Origin: Candidatus Poribacteria bacterium
Lineage (GTDB): Bacteria; Poribacteria; WGA-4E; WGA-3G
NCBI GenBank assembly: GCA_963663765.2
Contig: CAXXUA010000003.1
Location: forward strand, 512,001-576,000
Direction of reading: 5' to 3'
DNA length: 64,000 nucleotides
Shown here one piece after another: positions 10,812 through 21,623 of the stretch. The position numbers and the translations under genes were made by a program. Position 1 is the stretch's first letter. Every line of letters starts with the position of its first letter. A model generated the notes under the pieces. That model did not search any database, was not told the origin of the DNA, and saw nothing but the letters and a program-made list of their open reading frames with translations.

Positions 10812-11393
10812 ATGGCAAAAGAAGAGAGTGGAAACGCGAGAGAAATCATAAAGAAGTGGATGCCTATAGGAATATGGATTGTAGCAGTAATGATTGTTCC
10901 ATATTGGCTATGGATAGACGAAAAGAAATCTTTACAATCCACACTGATAAATATTAGTGCTTTAGTTCCGCTCTTCCTACTATTATCAACACTTTTCATA
11001 GAATTGGGAGGATTTGTAATGTCTGGGATTATGATGGCGGAAAGGCTCTGGCAAGAAAGAAAAGAAAGAATCCAGAAAGAGAAAATAGCTGCAGCTATGT
11101 CACCAATTGCATGGCGAGTCGCAACGCGCTTTATGGATGAGTATGAAACTGAGCTTGGAGACAAATCAGATTCCGATTTGTTAGAAATGGTAAAGGCGTT
11201 TGGTGCTGACAAAGCTCTTGATATTGCAGCTGAAGAAGCTCGCAAAGATATTTTGGAATTTGTCAACAGTATTAATCATGATAGACGCGCTAACCGAATA
11301 GCCGTTAAAATTTCTGATCTGATGGTAAATGATGATTTCGCAAATTATGTTATTTCTTTGGTAAAAGAAAACCAAGATATGCATATTGAGTGA
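10812..11393 (+). CDS. Hypothetical protein with two N-terminal TM helices and a helical cytoplasmic tail
   Basis: 193-aa ORF with two hydrophobic segments followed by a charged helix. Confidence 0.6.
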   Translation: MAKEESGNAREIIKKWMPIGIWIVAVMIVPYWLWIDEKKSLQSTLINISALVPLFLLLSTLFIELGGFVMSGIMMAERLWQERKERIQKEKIAAAMSPIAWRVATRFMDEYETELGDKSDSDLLEMVKAFGADKALDIAAEEARKDILEFVNSINHDRRANRIAVKISDLMVNDDFANYVISLVKENQDMHIE

Positions 11394-11463
11394 AAACGCT
11401 GGATATGTATTCCTTCGCGGTGAAATCAATCCTGTTTACTAAAACTGGAAGAGGTAAATTACA

Positions 11464-12942
11464 ATGAAATGCAGCATGATAAAATACCTACTTCTTATAT
11501 TCGCTGGCATTCTCGCGCTAATGCCAAACACATACGCAGCAGATACGCCAACTGTCCCCGCATTTCCCGGCGCAGAAGGATATGGCGCAATCACTATCGG
11601 CGGTAGAGGTGGAAAAGTGATCCTTGTGACAAATCTGACCGACTCCGGTCCAGGCAGCTTGCGAGAAGCTGTAGAAACTGAAGGACCACGGATAGTCGTA
11701 TTCACAGTTTCAGGTACTATCACCCTTGAAAGCACATTGAGAATCTCAAATCCCTATATTACCATCGCCGGACAGACAGCCCCGGGAGATGGTATCTGCC
11801 TTAGGAGATATCCCCTCTCAATAAATGCCAGCGATGTAATTATCAGGTATATACGTGTCAGATTGGGAGATGAAACAGGTAATGATTCAGATGCCATATC
11901 AAGCAGGTATCACAAAAACATTATCCTTGACCATGTATCGGCAAGCTGGAGTATTGATGAGACAGTATCTATCTACTATTGCGAAAATGTAACCATTCAA
12001 TGGTGTCTCATCTCCGAAAGTCTGTACAATGCTGGACACGCAAAAGGAGCACATGGGTATGGCGGAATATGGGGTTCAAACCATAGCACATACCATCATA
12101 ACTTGTTAGCACACCATAGCAGTCGTAATCCACGTTTTGCTTCAGGTTGTGGCAATAACGATTTTAGAAATAATGTGATATACAACTGGGGTTACAACAG
12201 TGTCTACGGTGGCGAAAAACAACACACAGACGATGAGAAATATAACTTTACCGTTGTCAACATGGTAGCAAACTATTTTAAGCCGGGTCCCGCAACCCGT
12301 CCGGGTGAGGTGACACACCGAATTGTAAACCCATCAACAAGCGGCTCGGACAGCGGGTTTGGTAAGTGGTATGTGGAAAAAAACTTTGTATATGGTAACC
12401 ACAGAGTTACTGTCAAAAACTGGTTCGCTGGGGTGCATCCAGCGGGTAGTAGTCCTTATGGTCCACATGCACTAAGAATTCATAGCCCCTTTGACGCTAT
12501 ACCTATTAACCAACAAACTGCTGAAGAAGCATACCATGCTGTTCTTGAACGTGTCGGTGCTTCATTACCTAAACGGGATTCAATTGACTCACGAATTGTT
12601 GACGAAACCCGTAACGGTTATGCAACCTATGAAGGAAAAACATACAAAGAAAAAGCACGCATACCCGATAAATCTAAAAAATGTGGTATAATTGACTCAC
12701 AGGAAGATGTTGGTGGTTGGCCCGAACTCAAGAGTCTACCTGCTCCTTCGGATGGTGATAACGATGGAATGCCAGATGAATGGGAAATCCGATATGGGTT
12801 AGATTCTAGTGATGCTTCTGATACTGCTAAGGATAAAGACAACGACGGATACACCAACATAGAAGAATACCTAAACGGCACTGATCCAACAGATTTTGTG
12901 GACTATACCAAACCTGAGAATAACGTAAACACGTTAAAGTAA
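11464..12942 (+). CDS. Secreted pectate lyase-like protein (PL1-type)
   Basis: AFPGAEGYG...GGRGG...VTNLTDSGPGSLREA, WSIDE, SRNPRF; C-terminal DNDGMPDEWE and DGYTNIEEYLN. Confidence 0.88.
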   Translation: MKCSMIKYLLLIFAGILALMPNTYAADTPTVPAFPGAEGYGAITIGGRGGKVILVTNLTDSGPGSLREAVETEGPRIVVFTVSGTITLESTLRISNPYITIAGQTAPGDGICLRRYPLSINASDVIIRYIRVRLGDETGNDSDAISSRYHKNIILDHVSASWSIDETVSIYYCENVTIQWCLISESLYNAGHAKGAHGYGGIWGSNHSTYHHNLLAHHSSRNPRFASGCGNNDFRNNVIYNWGYNSVYGGEKQHTDDEKYNFTVVNMVANYFKPGPATRPGEVTHRIVNPSTSGSDSGFGKWYVEKNFVYGNHRVTVKNWFAGVHPAGSSPYGPHALRIHSPFDAIPINQQTAEEAYHAVLERVGASLPKRDSIDSRIVDETRNGYATYEGKTYKEKARIPDKSKKCGIIDSQEDVGGWPELKSLPAPSDGDNDGMPDEWEIRYGLDSSDASDTAKDKDNDGYTNIEEYLNGTDPTDFVDYTKPENNVNTLK

Positions 12943-12948
12943 TCTTTT

Positions 12949-13572
12949 CTAAAACTTCCACTGCAACAACGTCACTCGATTATGCCAAACAAGCACTCCC
13001 ATCGTAGTACCGATTGCTGCACCTGCTAATACATCAGAAGTATAATGCCGACCCAGATAGATACGAGAAAAACCTACTAATCCTGCACCAAGATACAATG
13101 GAATCCGCCACTTCGGATACCGATAACCTAAAATAGTAGCCGCACTAAACGCAATAGTCGCGTGTCCTGATGGCAGAGACGGATTCCCAAGTGTTTCATC
13201 AAGTGGTCGCTTCCTGCGTATCAACTGCTTTAGACCATACGTCATTGCTCCAGCCCCAATATATGCCGAAGACAGCAACCGTCCTGTCTCCTGATGATCC
13301 TCATCCCCGTACGCCATAAGCAAAATAGACAATCCCATAATTGAACGATAATGTCCAGCTTCAGAGATACCATCCATTATCGTCCACATAGGTTCGTTAG
13401 ACGGAGGTGTATCGTAGAAACGGTCAAAGAGTTGCTGATCCCATTGCGCTAAGACATTCTCAGCATTTGCATCTAATCCAAATACAAACCCATAGAATAA
13501 CAGTAAAAATAACTGAAAATGCTTCAATTCTGATTTTCCTTTATGTTGGTTTGCTTGATTCAGTTCTACCAA
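12949..13572 (-). CDS. PAP2-family phosphatase
   Basis: KxxxxRxRP, PSGH and SRIYLGRHYxSDV motifs. Confidence 0.9.
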   Translation of the reverse strand: MVELNQANQHKGKSELKHFQLFLLLFYGFVFGLDANAENVLAQWDQQLFDRFYDTPPSNEPMWTIMDGISEAGHYRSIMGLSILLMAYGDEDHQETGRLLSSAYIGAGAMTYGLKQLIRRKRPLDETLGNPSLPSGHATIAFSAATILGYRYPKWRIPLYLGAGLVGFSRIYLGRHYTSDVLAGAAIGTTMGVLVWHNRVTLLQWKF

Positions 13573-15014
13573 GGTGCTTGACGTTCAGGTAGTGGATCCA
13601 CTGTCCATGCCATCCGATGGATAAGCCTTTCCTGCATTTCCAGTTTCACATCTTTGTAATCCGAGTGATCCCAAAGGTTGTGTGTCTCTTTCGGATCTTC
13701 TGTTAAATCGTAAAGTTCACCACCACCAGTACCATGTGCTACAACTAACTTATACCTTTCATTTCTAACCATTGTCGCATTCGCTGCGGGTTCATGGTGC
13801 CATAGCATCGCATTGTAATATTCACAATATACATCTTCACGATGCGAATCCAAACTCTTTTCACCTGTTAGCAGTGGCAGAAGACTCTGCCCCTGCATAC
13901 CAGGACAACGATCTACACCGCATGCTTCCAATAGTGTGGGTGCCAAATCCACGAGTTCTACGAGAGCATCTGAACGCGCGCCAGTGTTCAACATTCCCGG
14001 TGTTGAGATAATCAACGGAACGCGTATAGCAGGTTCATAAAAATAAGGTCCCTTCAGATAAATGCCGTGATCACCAAGCATCTCTCCGTGGTCTGATGTA
14101 AAGATAACAATTGTGTTTTCACGTTGTCCTGTTTCCTCCAAAAAGTTGAGTAATCTTCCAATCTGTGTGTCAATAACATCAATCATTGCCCAATATGCTG
14201 CTGTCACCCAACGGTGGTCTGATTCGTTCATCTCTTGGAAACGGAATCCAGACCCACCACCATACGCACCATTGTGATCAATCTGTTGCCAAATCGGTTT
14301 GTTTGCAAGTTCTCCATCAACAAAATTCGGTAACGGAATATCGTCTAACTTCTCGCGGTATCGTTCTAACGCATCCATTGGTGGATCAAACGCATGGTGT
14401 GGGTCAAACATATTCATCGAAAAAAGCCACGGTTGCTTAAATCGTGACGCATTGTCAATAAACGACATCGCGCGTTCAACACTCCACGTCGTTTGGCTAT
14501 GTTCCTCCGATGGTATCACTCGCACATGTTTTGAATCACCGAAAGGTCTACTATCTCGACGTAACCATTTATCCGAAAGCCATTGAATATAATCGTGTGT
14601 AGGCCAAGCATCAGCGGGATCGTGTGACCAGAAAAACTGATCATAACCATCGTCAATTCGTTGCTCAGTACCTTTACATACGCGTGGATTGCACGGTGCA
14701 AGGTGCAGTTTCCCTGCTAATCCACATACATAACCAGCATCTTGCAGGAGTTTCGTAACAAGCACTTCGTCCGATGGAATCATCTGACCATTTTGCCGAC
14801 AACGTGTCGTACGCGGGTAACGTCCAGTGAGGAAACTTGCTCGACTCGGTGTACAAACAGGACTTTGCGAGTAAACATGTTCAAATAGAACACCTTCCTG
14901 AGCAAGATTGTCTAAATTTGGGGTTTGAACAAAAGGGTTTCCGTAGCATCCAAGGGTGTCATATCTTTGTTGGTCGCTACATATCCAAAGTATATTGGGA
15001 GGTTTTTCAGGCAT
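13566..15014 (-). CDS. Formylglycine-dependent sulfatase
   Basis: Motifs PNILWICSDQQR, CTPSRASFLTG, GKLHL, TSDHGE. Confidence 0.93.
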   Translation of the reverse strand: MPEKPPNILWICSDQQRYDTLGCYGNPFVQTPNLDNLAQEGVLFEHVYSQSPVCTPSRASFLTGRYPRTTRCRQNGQMIPSDEVLVTKLLQDAGYVCGLAGKLHLAPCNPRVCKGTEQRIDDGYDQFFWSHDPADAWPTHDYIQWLSDKWLRRDSRPFGDSKHVRVIPSEEHSQTTWSVERAMSFIDNASRFKQPWLFSMNMFDPHHAFDPPMDALERYREKLDDIPLPNFVDGELANKPIWQQIDHNGAYGGGSGFRFQEMNESDHRWVTAAYWAMIDVIDTQIGRLLNFLEETGQRENTIVIFTSDHGEMLGDHGIYLKGPYFYEPAIRVPLIISTPGMLNTGARSDALVELVDLAPTLLEACGVDRCPGMQGQSLLPLLTGEKSLDSHREDVYCEYYNAMLWHHEPAANATMVRNERYKLVVAHGTGGGELYDLTEDPKETHNLWDHSDYKDVKLEMQERLIHRMAWTVDPLPERQAPW

Positions 15015-15110
15015 AGTTCTCTGTACTCTTGTTCTGATTTTTCTGCATTATAGATGTATCTGCATTATAGACGTATGTTAAAAAGAAGTCAACCAATGAT
15101 ATTTGATTGC

Positions 15111-15499
15111 TAGGGTTATTCAGTTTTCAATTTATTGAGTAAATTCTATCACAGTCGTTAATCCCTGAGTTAGCTTATACTTGTGGAGTTAACTCATTCT
15201 TTGTCTGAACCAGGATTTAATGAAGATTAAAAAAATAATTAGGTAATTTTATCTAACCTACCCTGGTAGTCGTGCTTTGTAAGCGCGCTGGTACATCAAG
15301 TCCCAAGAGCGCGCTTACAAAGCACGACTACCGTATGAGAAATATTTATTACCCAATTAATAAATTAATAAATTAATCTTCATCAAATCCTTGTTCAGAC
15401 AATAAATATGAATACCACAAAAATACCTATACATATTTCACTAATCTTAACCCAAAGTTAACTGGTATAACGATAGATTCTTAAAACTGAATAACCCTG
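15111..15499. mobile_element. MITE family T1 with nested TCTGAAC...GTTCAGAC element and REP doublet
   Basis: TIRs; 9-bp flanks TTTGATTGC / TTTGATGGC; related copy at 48143-48509. Confidence 0.8.
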
Positions 15500-15774
15500 T
15501 TTGATGGCAGTGGTTAATTATGGATTATTATGGTATTAATTACACACTTGCACAGGAAGAAGTGACCACTTGGTCGCAACCGTCCCCTGAGTGGTAGGAG
15601 CGACCCGGGCAAAGCCAAAAGGCATTCATTCCGTTGAGTTCTTGAGTTCTTGATTTGGTGCTTTGTAAACGCGCTGGTATGTCAAAACCCAAAGGGTATC
15701 TATTGATTATCTATTGGAAATTCCAATAAACAGACATTCAAAAAACTACAAAAACTACAAGAATTCATATATAA

Positions 15775-15894
15775 TAGGACTTACGCAATTTTCATAAATA
15801 ATCAAGAAATATGGCAAGAATGATGTAATTTTAGTATTTTTTCGGTTTCCAGCGCGCTTACAAAGCACGCCTACCATTTAATGCGTAAGTCCTG
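15775..15894. mobile_element. MITE family T3 (TIR CAGGACTTACGCA) with one REP
   Basis: TIRs; 5-bp TSD TATAA. Confidence 0.8.
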
Positions 15895-16053
15895 TATAAT
15901 ATATACAAAAGAAAAGCACAAAAAAATACTTTGCAAAACCAACAACATCGGTAGGTTCGGTTACCTAACCAACCATCGGAGTTGTAGCAACTTGAGTTAT
16001 ACAGTACATCCGTTATCATAAAAATAGTACACCCGTTATCATAAAAAGGTAAT

Positions 16054-17262
16054 ATGATCATGAATGTTCAGAACTATACTTTCACTGTTTTCCTAAGTCT
16101 GGTTGTATCAGTAGTTTGTCTCGTCGGTTGTGAAAATATTCCAACTGAAGTTATCACCACTTCACCCTCCCATAAAGTTGCTGTTGCAGCTATCACGGCA
16201 ATTGATGAGAGTAATCTGACAGGAACTGCCACATTCACCGAAACTGTAAATGGCATTCACACCGTAATTGAGATTCAGAATGCTGTACCCGGTCTGCATG
16301 CAACACACCTACATATCGGAAGCTGTACTGACATAGGACCGCACTGGCACCCTATGAATGTTCCCGCAGGTACCGTCGGGACACCGGTCGCCGAAGCAAC
16401 GTCTGATACTCCACCTATCGGCATCGGAGAAATCGGAAACATACCTGTTGACGATGATGGAACAGGAGTTTTAGAATTTACAACACAACTATGGTCAATC
16501 GGTACCGATACCAACACTGATATACTCGGAAAATTGATACTCATACACGAAACAGGTGATACCTTCCGTACTAACCCTCACATACATCATACTACGATAC
16601 CAAACATTGATGTAAACACAGCTGCACATTCCCACATGGGACAAATACAGACAGGTTCGGAGAAATCACAACCCACCAATGCTTGTACATTGGCAGTACT
16701 TGGACAGCAAATTGATTTAGAGGTAGACCACCATCTTCGCGGTGAAGAGACGAGTGCACACAGTCATGATCTGTTGGAACTGCTGCTACAATGTTTTTTA
16801 AGTCCCACACAACTGTTAGATCCTGCAATTTTTTCTGTGATTCCAATTACAGGTTCGCAAGAACATCAAGACTTTCTAAACATTGAACCCAAAAGTTTGG
16901 CTGCATATCACGAATTCCTTATCTCTATAGGAATACCTGTTGATCCAAATTTCTTTACAAATCAATATACAAAATCCTTCCCTACTGACAAGCCTGAGGC
17001 GTATGAAAAACAGATGCAAGATAGATTAACGCATCTCTACATTACATCACAGATAAACTTTGACGGTAATGTAGACGCAGCGGGTTATAACCTACTCCTT
17101 ACCATGTTTTTGGATGATCGCACTACGGCTTGGGTATTAGGTCATTTTCAAGGAGATGATACAGCATTTGGTGAGTGGATTGTTAATGTGCTTGAGAACA
17201 CGCAGGTGAGACCCGGCGGTGGTTCTCGTATTGGTTGTGGTGAGATTAGTCTATTAGAATAA
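16054..17262 (+). CDS. Cu/Zn-SOD-fold lipoprotein with a large internal insertion
   Basis: Lipobox LVGC; PGLHATHLH, GPHWHP, GEIGNI, LILIHE, then GGGSRIGCGEI at the C-terminus. Confidence 0.75.
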   Translation: MIMNVQNYTFTVFLSLVVSVVCLVGCENIPTEVITTSPSHKVAVAAITAIDESNLTGTATFTETVNGIHTVIEIQNAVPGLHATHLHIGSCTDIGPHWHPMNVPAGTVGTPVAEATSDTPPIGIGEIGNIPVDDDGTGVLEFTTQLWSIGTDTNTDILGKLILIHETGDTFRTNPHIHHTTIPNIDVNTAAHSHMGQIQTGSEKSQPTNACTLAVLGQQIDLEVDHHLRGEETSAHSHDLLELLLQCFLSPTQLLDPAIFSVIPITGSQEHQDFLNIEPKSLAAYHEFLISIGIPVDPNFFTNQYTKSFPTDKPEAYEKQMQDRLTHLYITSQINFDGNVDAAGYNLLLTMFLDDRTTAWVLGHFQGDDTAFGEWIVNVLENTQVRPGGGSRIGCGEISLLE

Positions 17263-17519
17263 ACCCGTTATGTGATGTCTTTACAACAACTGATAGACAC
17301 CGATATATCTCTCAGCAACATCCAGGATATCTGGAAGTTGCCGAGAGTTTTACATGCGCGTTCAAAGTTTTGTAGTGTCTCATATATAATTCTCTCATTT
17401 AGATATTCCACTTTTATTGCTTTTGAAGGTCTCTCTTCGGTAGGAGCGACCTACCGGTAATGATTTTCTCAGGTAACAACAAAAATATCTGAAACTAATT
17501 TAACCTTGTCTAATTCAAT

Positions 17520-18270
17520 GGGTGTGTAAAGTTTTTGCACAATCATTCCACTCTCCATTGTAGACGGTCGCGACCAGGAGGTCGCTCCTACCACCAAGAT
17601 GTATGGGAACTCAAACTATGCCGTTCCTACGGAACTAAAGAGAGGGGATGTGATATCGTCTTTCTATAAACATTGCGTCCCTACGGGACTAAAGACACGG
17701 ACAAGATGGCAACACATAAAATTAACGTCATAGCAAAAAATCATCAAGAATACCTAAAACAAATTAACCTTGTCTAATTGGGTGTGTAAAGTTTTTGCAC
17801 AAACATCCCACTCTCCATTGTAGACGGTCGCGACCAGGAGGTCGCTCCTACCACCAAGATGTATGGGAACTCAAACTATGTCGTTCCTACGGAAATAAAG
17901 AGAGGGGATGTGATAACGTCTTTCTATAAACATTGCGTCCCTACGGGACTAAAGATACGGACAAGATGGCAACACATAAAATTAACGTCATAGCAAAAAA
18001 TCATCAAGAATAATTAAAACAAATTAACCTTGACTAATTGGGTGTGTAAAGTTTTTGCACAAACATCCCACTCTCCATTGTAGACGGTCGCGACCAGGAG
18101 GTCGCTCCTACCACCAAGTTTTTGCACAAACATCCCACTCTCCATTGTAGACGGTCGCGACCAGGAGGTCGCTCCTACCACCAAGATGTATGGGAACTCA
18201 AACTATGCCGTTCCTACGGGACTAAAGAGAACAAAAGTTAGAACCTCTGTGCAAAAACTTTACACACCCC
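17520..18270. mobile_element. MITE family T2 (TIR GGGTGTGTAAAGTTTTTGCAC) with internal ~260-bp tandem amplification
   Basis: Heads at 17520, 17780, 18040; inverted end at 18249-18270; flanks TAATTCAA on both sides. Confidence 0.8.
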
Positions 18271-18376
18271 TAATTCAAAATATGCTTGCACGAAATTAGC
18301 ACTACCGTGTATAATAATAATAAAACCATAAACAACAATGCATTATTTCATAAACTTACAAGGGTAACATCTCATT

Positions 18377-20701
18377 ATGTTTGAAAAACTCATGAAGTAC
18401 CCGATTGATGTGTTTCGGGAAGGAGACTTCTCGTTCGGATTACCAATCCCGGGACTTCTCGTATTTGTCCTCATGGTCTCCCTCGTCGCAGCAACCATTT
18501 GGGCTTACAAAACAACAAAAGGAAGATCAGGACGAGTATTACGTGGATTTCTCATCGTACTTCGCACAATTGTCCTCTGTGTCCTCGCCTTCTGTTTACT
18601 CAAACCGTTCCTCACAATATACCAAAACAACCCCGATGATTCTTACCTATTAGTGATGGTAGATAAATCCAAGAGTATGCAGATTACAGACTCTGAAGAT
18701 GGAGAATCCAGACTGAATCGAACAAATAAACTGCTTTTCGGTGAAAACAGCGAGGATGGCGATGCTCTCCTGAACAAATTGGATGCTAACAAATTCAAGG
18801 TCAGACTATTTGAGTTTGACTCCGAAGCAAAACGCATACCTAATGAGACTATACCAAACGCTGATGGAGAAAACACAAATATCCCTAAAGTTGTGAATGA
18901 CGCATTGGATGACTTGCAGGGTATACCTCTCTCCGGTATAGTACTTCTCACTGATGGTGTGGACCGCAGCGGCACAGACATACAAAAACTTGTCATGCAA
19001 GCCAGAGAAAGAAAAGCACCTATACATACTGTCGGCATCGGTGCAGAAACAGGTGTACCAGACATAGAATTGGTTAAGGTAGATGTTCCACGAACCGCAG
19101 AAGAAGATTTTCCAGTTGAAATTACAGCAACTGTCAGACGCACTGGAGACGCAGAAAAGTATGCTACTCTACAACTCATCTCGGATGGTCGCATCATTGA
19201 AACCATACCCGTTACATTTGATAATGACACTGTAAGAGTCCCGCTCAAATTTATACCACGTCAACCCGGTACTAAAAAATATGAAGTACAAGTTCTACCC
19301 GAAGCAGCTGAAGCAATTCCACAAAACAACAACAAAACCTTCATCCTGAAAGTTAACCCCACCCAGCGCGTAAAAGTGCTTTTTGTAAGCAGACCCAGTG
19401 CAGAATTCAAACATATCAAACGCGCATTGATAGATGATCCAAACATCATCCTTACCGATAGATATAAAACAAGCGAACAAAGTTTTGGTGGTACACAAAC
19501 TGCCGCAACACAGGAATTCAGTTTTTATCCAGATACCAAGGATATTCTCTTTGATTTCGACGCTATCATTATTGGAAACATACCCGCATCCGAATTCACA
19601 CACACACAACTTGAAAACACAGTGGAATTCGTCAGGACACGCGGTGGGGGATTCTTGATGTTAGGTGGAACATATTCTATAGGAAATTCAAATACAGCAG
19701 GTTCATATCTAAACACACCGATCGCCGATTTACTTCCAGTCGAATTGGAAATAGGTGAACCAACCAAACCGGTCTCAAGATACCTAACACCTTCCCAGAT
19801 TCCTCCTCCAAATTCGTTCAAACTAACACTAACAACTGAAGGAAAATCTGAACCTTTAATGAAACTCGCTGATAGTCCTACCGAAAACCAAAGACGTTGG
19901 GATGAAATGCCGGAAGTTTTCAGCTACAGCAAAGTAAAACGCGCAAAAGCAGGTGCAACCGTCCTCGCAGAACACCCCACTGATACCAATGAATTTGGTA
20001 AACGCATCCTCATCGCTACACACAATTTTAACGCGGGACGAGTTATGGCATTCACCCCACACAATTCCTCCCGATGGAAAACAAGCCTAAATAGCGACAT
20101 CGACTCACACTATCGGTTCTGGCGACAGACTGCAAAATGGTTGACTACTGCACCGAAATCCGCTATAAGACTTGACATCGCTAAAACAGAATATACTTTG
20201 AAGGAACCCGTTACAATTGAGGTAACCGCAACTGACGAAAACTTTGAACCAACAAATGACGCAAAGTTGAGAGCAATCGTCGTAGATGAAAAAGGTACAC
20301 GCAAGGAACTCCTACTTGAACAGGTGTTAGGGAAAGATGGAAATTACACAGCTCGACTTGTCCCAGGACAATTTGGTGAATATACCGTCACTGCAACCGG
20401 AACACTCAACGGTAAAGACCTCGGTAAACAACAAGCAATCTTTGAGGTTAAGTCCTCTAATGCAGAGTTCAGCGATGCATCCCTTAACGTCACTCTACTA
20501 ACAAACCTCGCGAATATGAGCGGTGGTAAATACTACCCCATCGAACAAGCTAACCAGTTGGTGAACCAAATCGCGCTCGTTGAAAGTGCAACATCAGAAA
20601 TTACCGATGTTGACATCTGGGACCTACCTCTGATTTTTGCACTAATCATGATGTTCCTCTGTCTTGAATGGTTCATCAGAAAACGTGCAGGACTGGTGTA
20701 A
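18377..20701 (+). CDS. Membrane-anchored vWA + Ig-like + GATase1-like domain protein (MoxR-associated type)
   Basis: DKSKSM MIDAS motif, LLTDG, GGGFLMLGG, C-terminal TM followed by EWFIRKRAGL. Confidence 0.8.
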   Translation: MFEKLMKYPIDVFREGDFSFGLPIPGLLVFVLMVSLVAATIWAYKTTKGRSGRVLRGFLIVLRTIVLCVLAFCLLKPFLTIYQNNPDDSYLLVMVDKSKSMQITDSEDGESRLNRTNKLLFGENSEDGDALLNKLDANKFKVRLFEFDSEAKRIPNETIPNADGENTNIPKVVNDALDDLQGIPLSGIVLLTDGVDRSGTDIQKLVMQARERKAPIHTVGIGAETGVPDIELVKVDVPRTAEEDFPVEITATVRRTGDAEKYATLQLISDGRIIETIPVTFDNDTVRVPLKFIPRQPGTKKYEVQVLPEAAEAIPQNNNKTFILKVNPTQRVKVLFVSRPSAEFKHIKRALIDDPNIILTDRYKTSEQSFGGTQTAATQEFSFYPDTKDILFDFDAIIIGNIPASEFTHTQLENTVEFVRTRGGGFLMLGGTYSIGNSNTAGSYLNTPIADLLPVELEIGEPTKPVSRYLTPSQIPPPNSFKLTLTTEGKSEPLMKLADSPTENQRRWDEMPEVFSYSKVKRAKAGATVLAEHPTDTNEFGKRILIATHNFNAGRVMAFTPHNSSRWKTSLNSDIDSHYRFWRQTAKWLTTAPKSAIRLDIAKTEYTLKEPVTIEVTATDENFEPTNDAKLRAIVVDEKGTRKELLLEQVLGKDGNYTARLVPGQFGEYTVTATGTLNGKDLGKQQAIFEVKSSNAEFSDASLNVTLLTNLANMSGGKYYPIEQANQLVNQIALVESATSEITDVDIWDLPLIFALIMMFLCLEWFIRKRAGLV

Positions 20702-20856
20702 TCATCATACATGCGGAGGATGATTATGTTTGGGTATTGAGAAAGAAAATGCCCAAAATTATTGAAAAGGTAACACTGAAGCTGTGGGGTTTGTAGAAAA
20801 CACCAACCGTTTTTTTATTAGATTTTGCTACTGGTATGGCAACTTAGACTAAGTTA

Positions 20857-21612
20857 TACCATTTTCATGTGATAATGTCTCATTAGCAGCGGAAATCTGG
20901 TAGGAGTGACCTCACGGTCGCGACCGGCAAATCAACGGTATGAATGCCTTTTGGCATTCCCCGGTTCGCTCCTACCGAAGAGAGTAACCCCCTGCCAGTA
21001 AACAGTAGAATTCCTTAATCAATACCTTCGCCATTTTTGAGTGCTTCAGTTGAATGAGTATAATGTGTTGATCTACCATTGCTCTGTGATATTGTTAGGA
21101 TTACATAAATAAAAATAACTTCAGGTTTTCGTTGAAGTATTTTTATTTATCATAGCGTCTAATTTGACGATAGAATCTGACAGAATAATTTATATGCACA
21201 ATCTGGAAGAATGTGCTACAACTACACGCACAATCTGACAGAATGTCTATTATTGGCGAAGGTATTGCTTAATGAGACAAGATTTATTTGAGTTGGTATA
21301 ATACCATTTTCATATGATAATGTCTCATTAGCAGCGGAAATCTGGTAGGAGCGACCTCACGGTCGCGACCGGGAGGTCGCTCCTACCGAAGAGAGTAACC
21401 CCCTGCCAGTAAACAGTAGAATTCCTTAATGAGACAAGATTTATTTGAGTTGGTATTATAACATTTTCATGTGATAATGTCTCATTAGCAGCGGAAATCT
21501 GGTAGGAGTGACCTCACGGTCGCGACCGGGAGGTCGCTCCTACCAAAGAGAGTAACCCCCTGCCAGTAAACAGTAGAATTCCTTAATGAGACAAGATTTA
21601 TTTGAATTGGTA
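20857..21612. mobile_element. Three tandem copies of MITE family T4 (TACC...GGTA ends, TWA target) with REP doublets
   Basis: Units of ~155 bp joined by TAA/TTA; outer flanks TTA/TTA; single copy inverted at 26476-26629. Confidence 0.8.
21020..21267. mobile_element. 248-bp MITE (TIR CAATACCTTCGCCA) nested in the first T4 copy
   Basis: Perfect 14-bp TIR; 6-bp TSD CTTAAT; the neighbouring T4 copies show the empty site. Confidence 0.88.
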
Positions 21613-21623
21613 TTAGGAGAATT

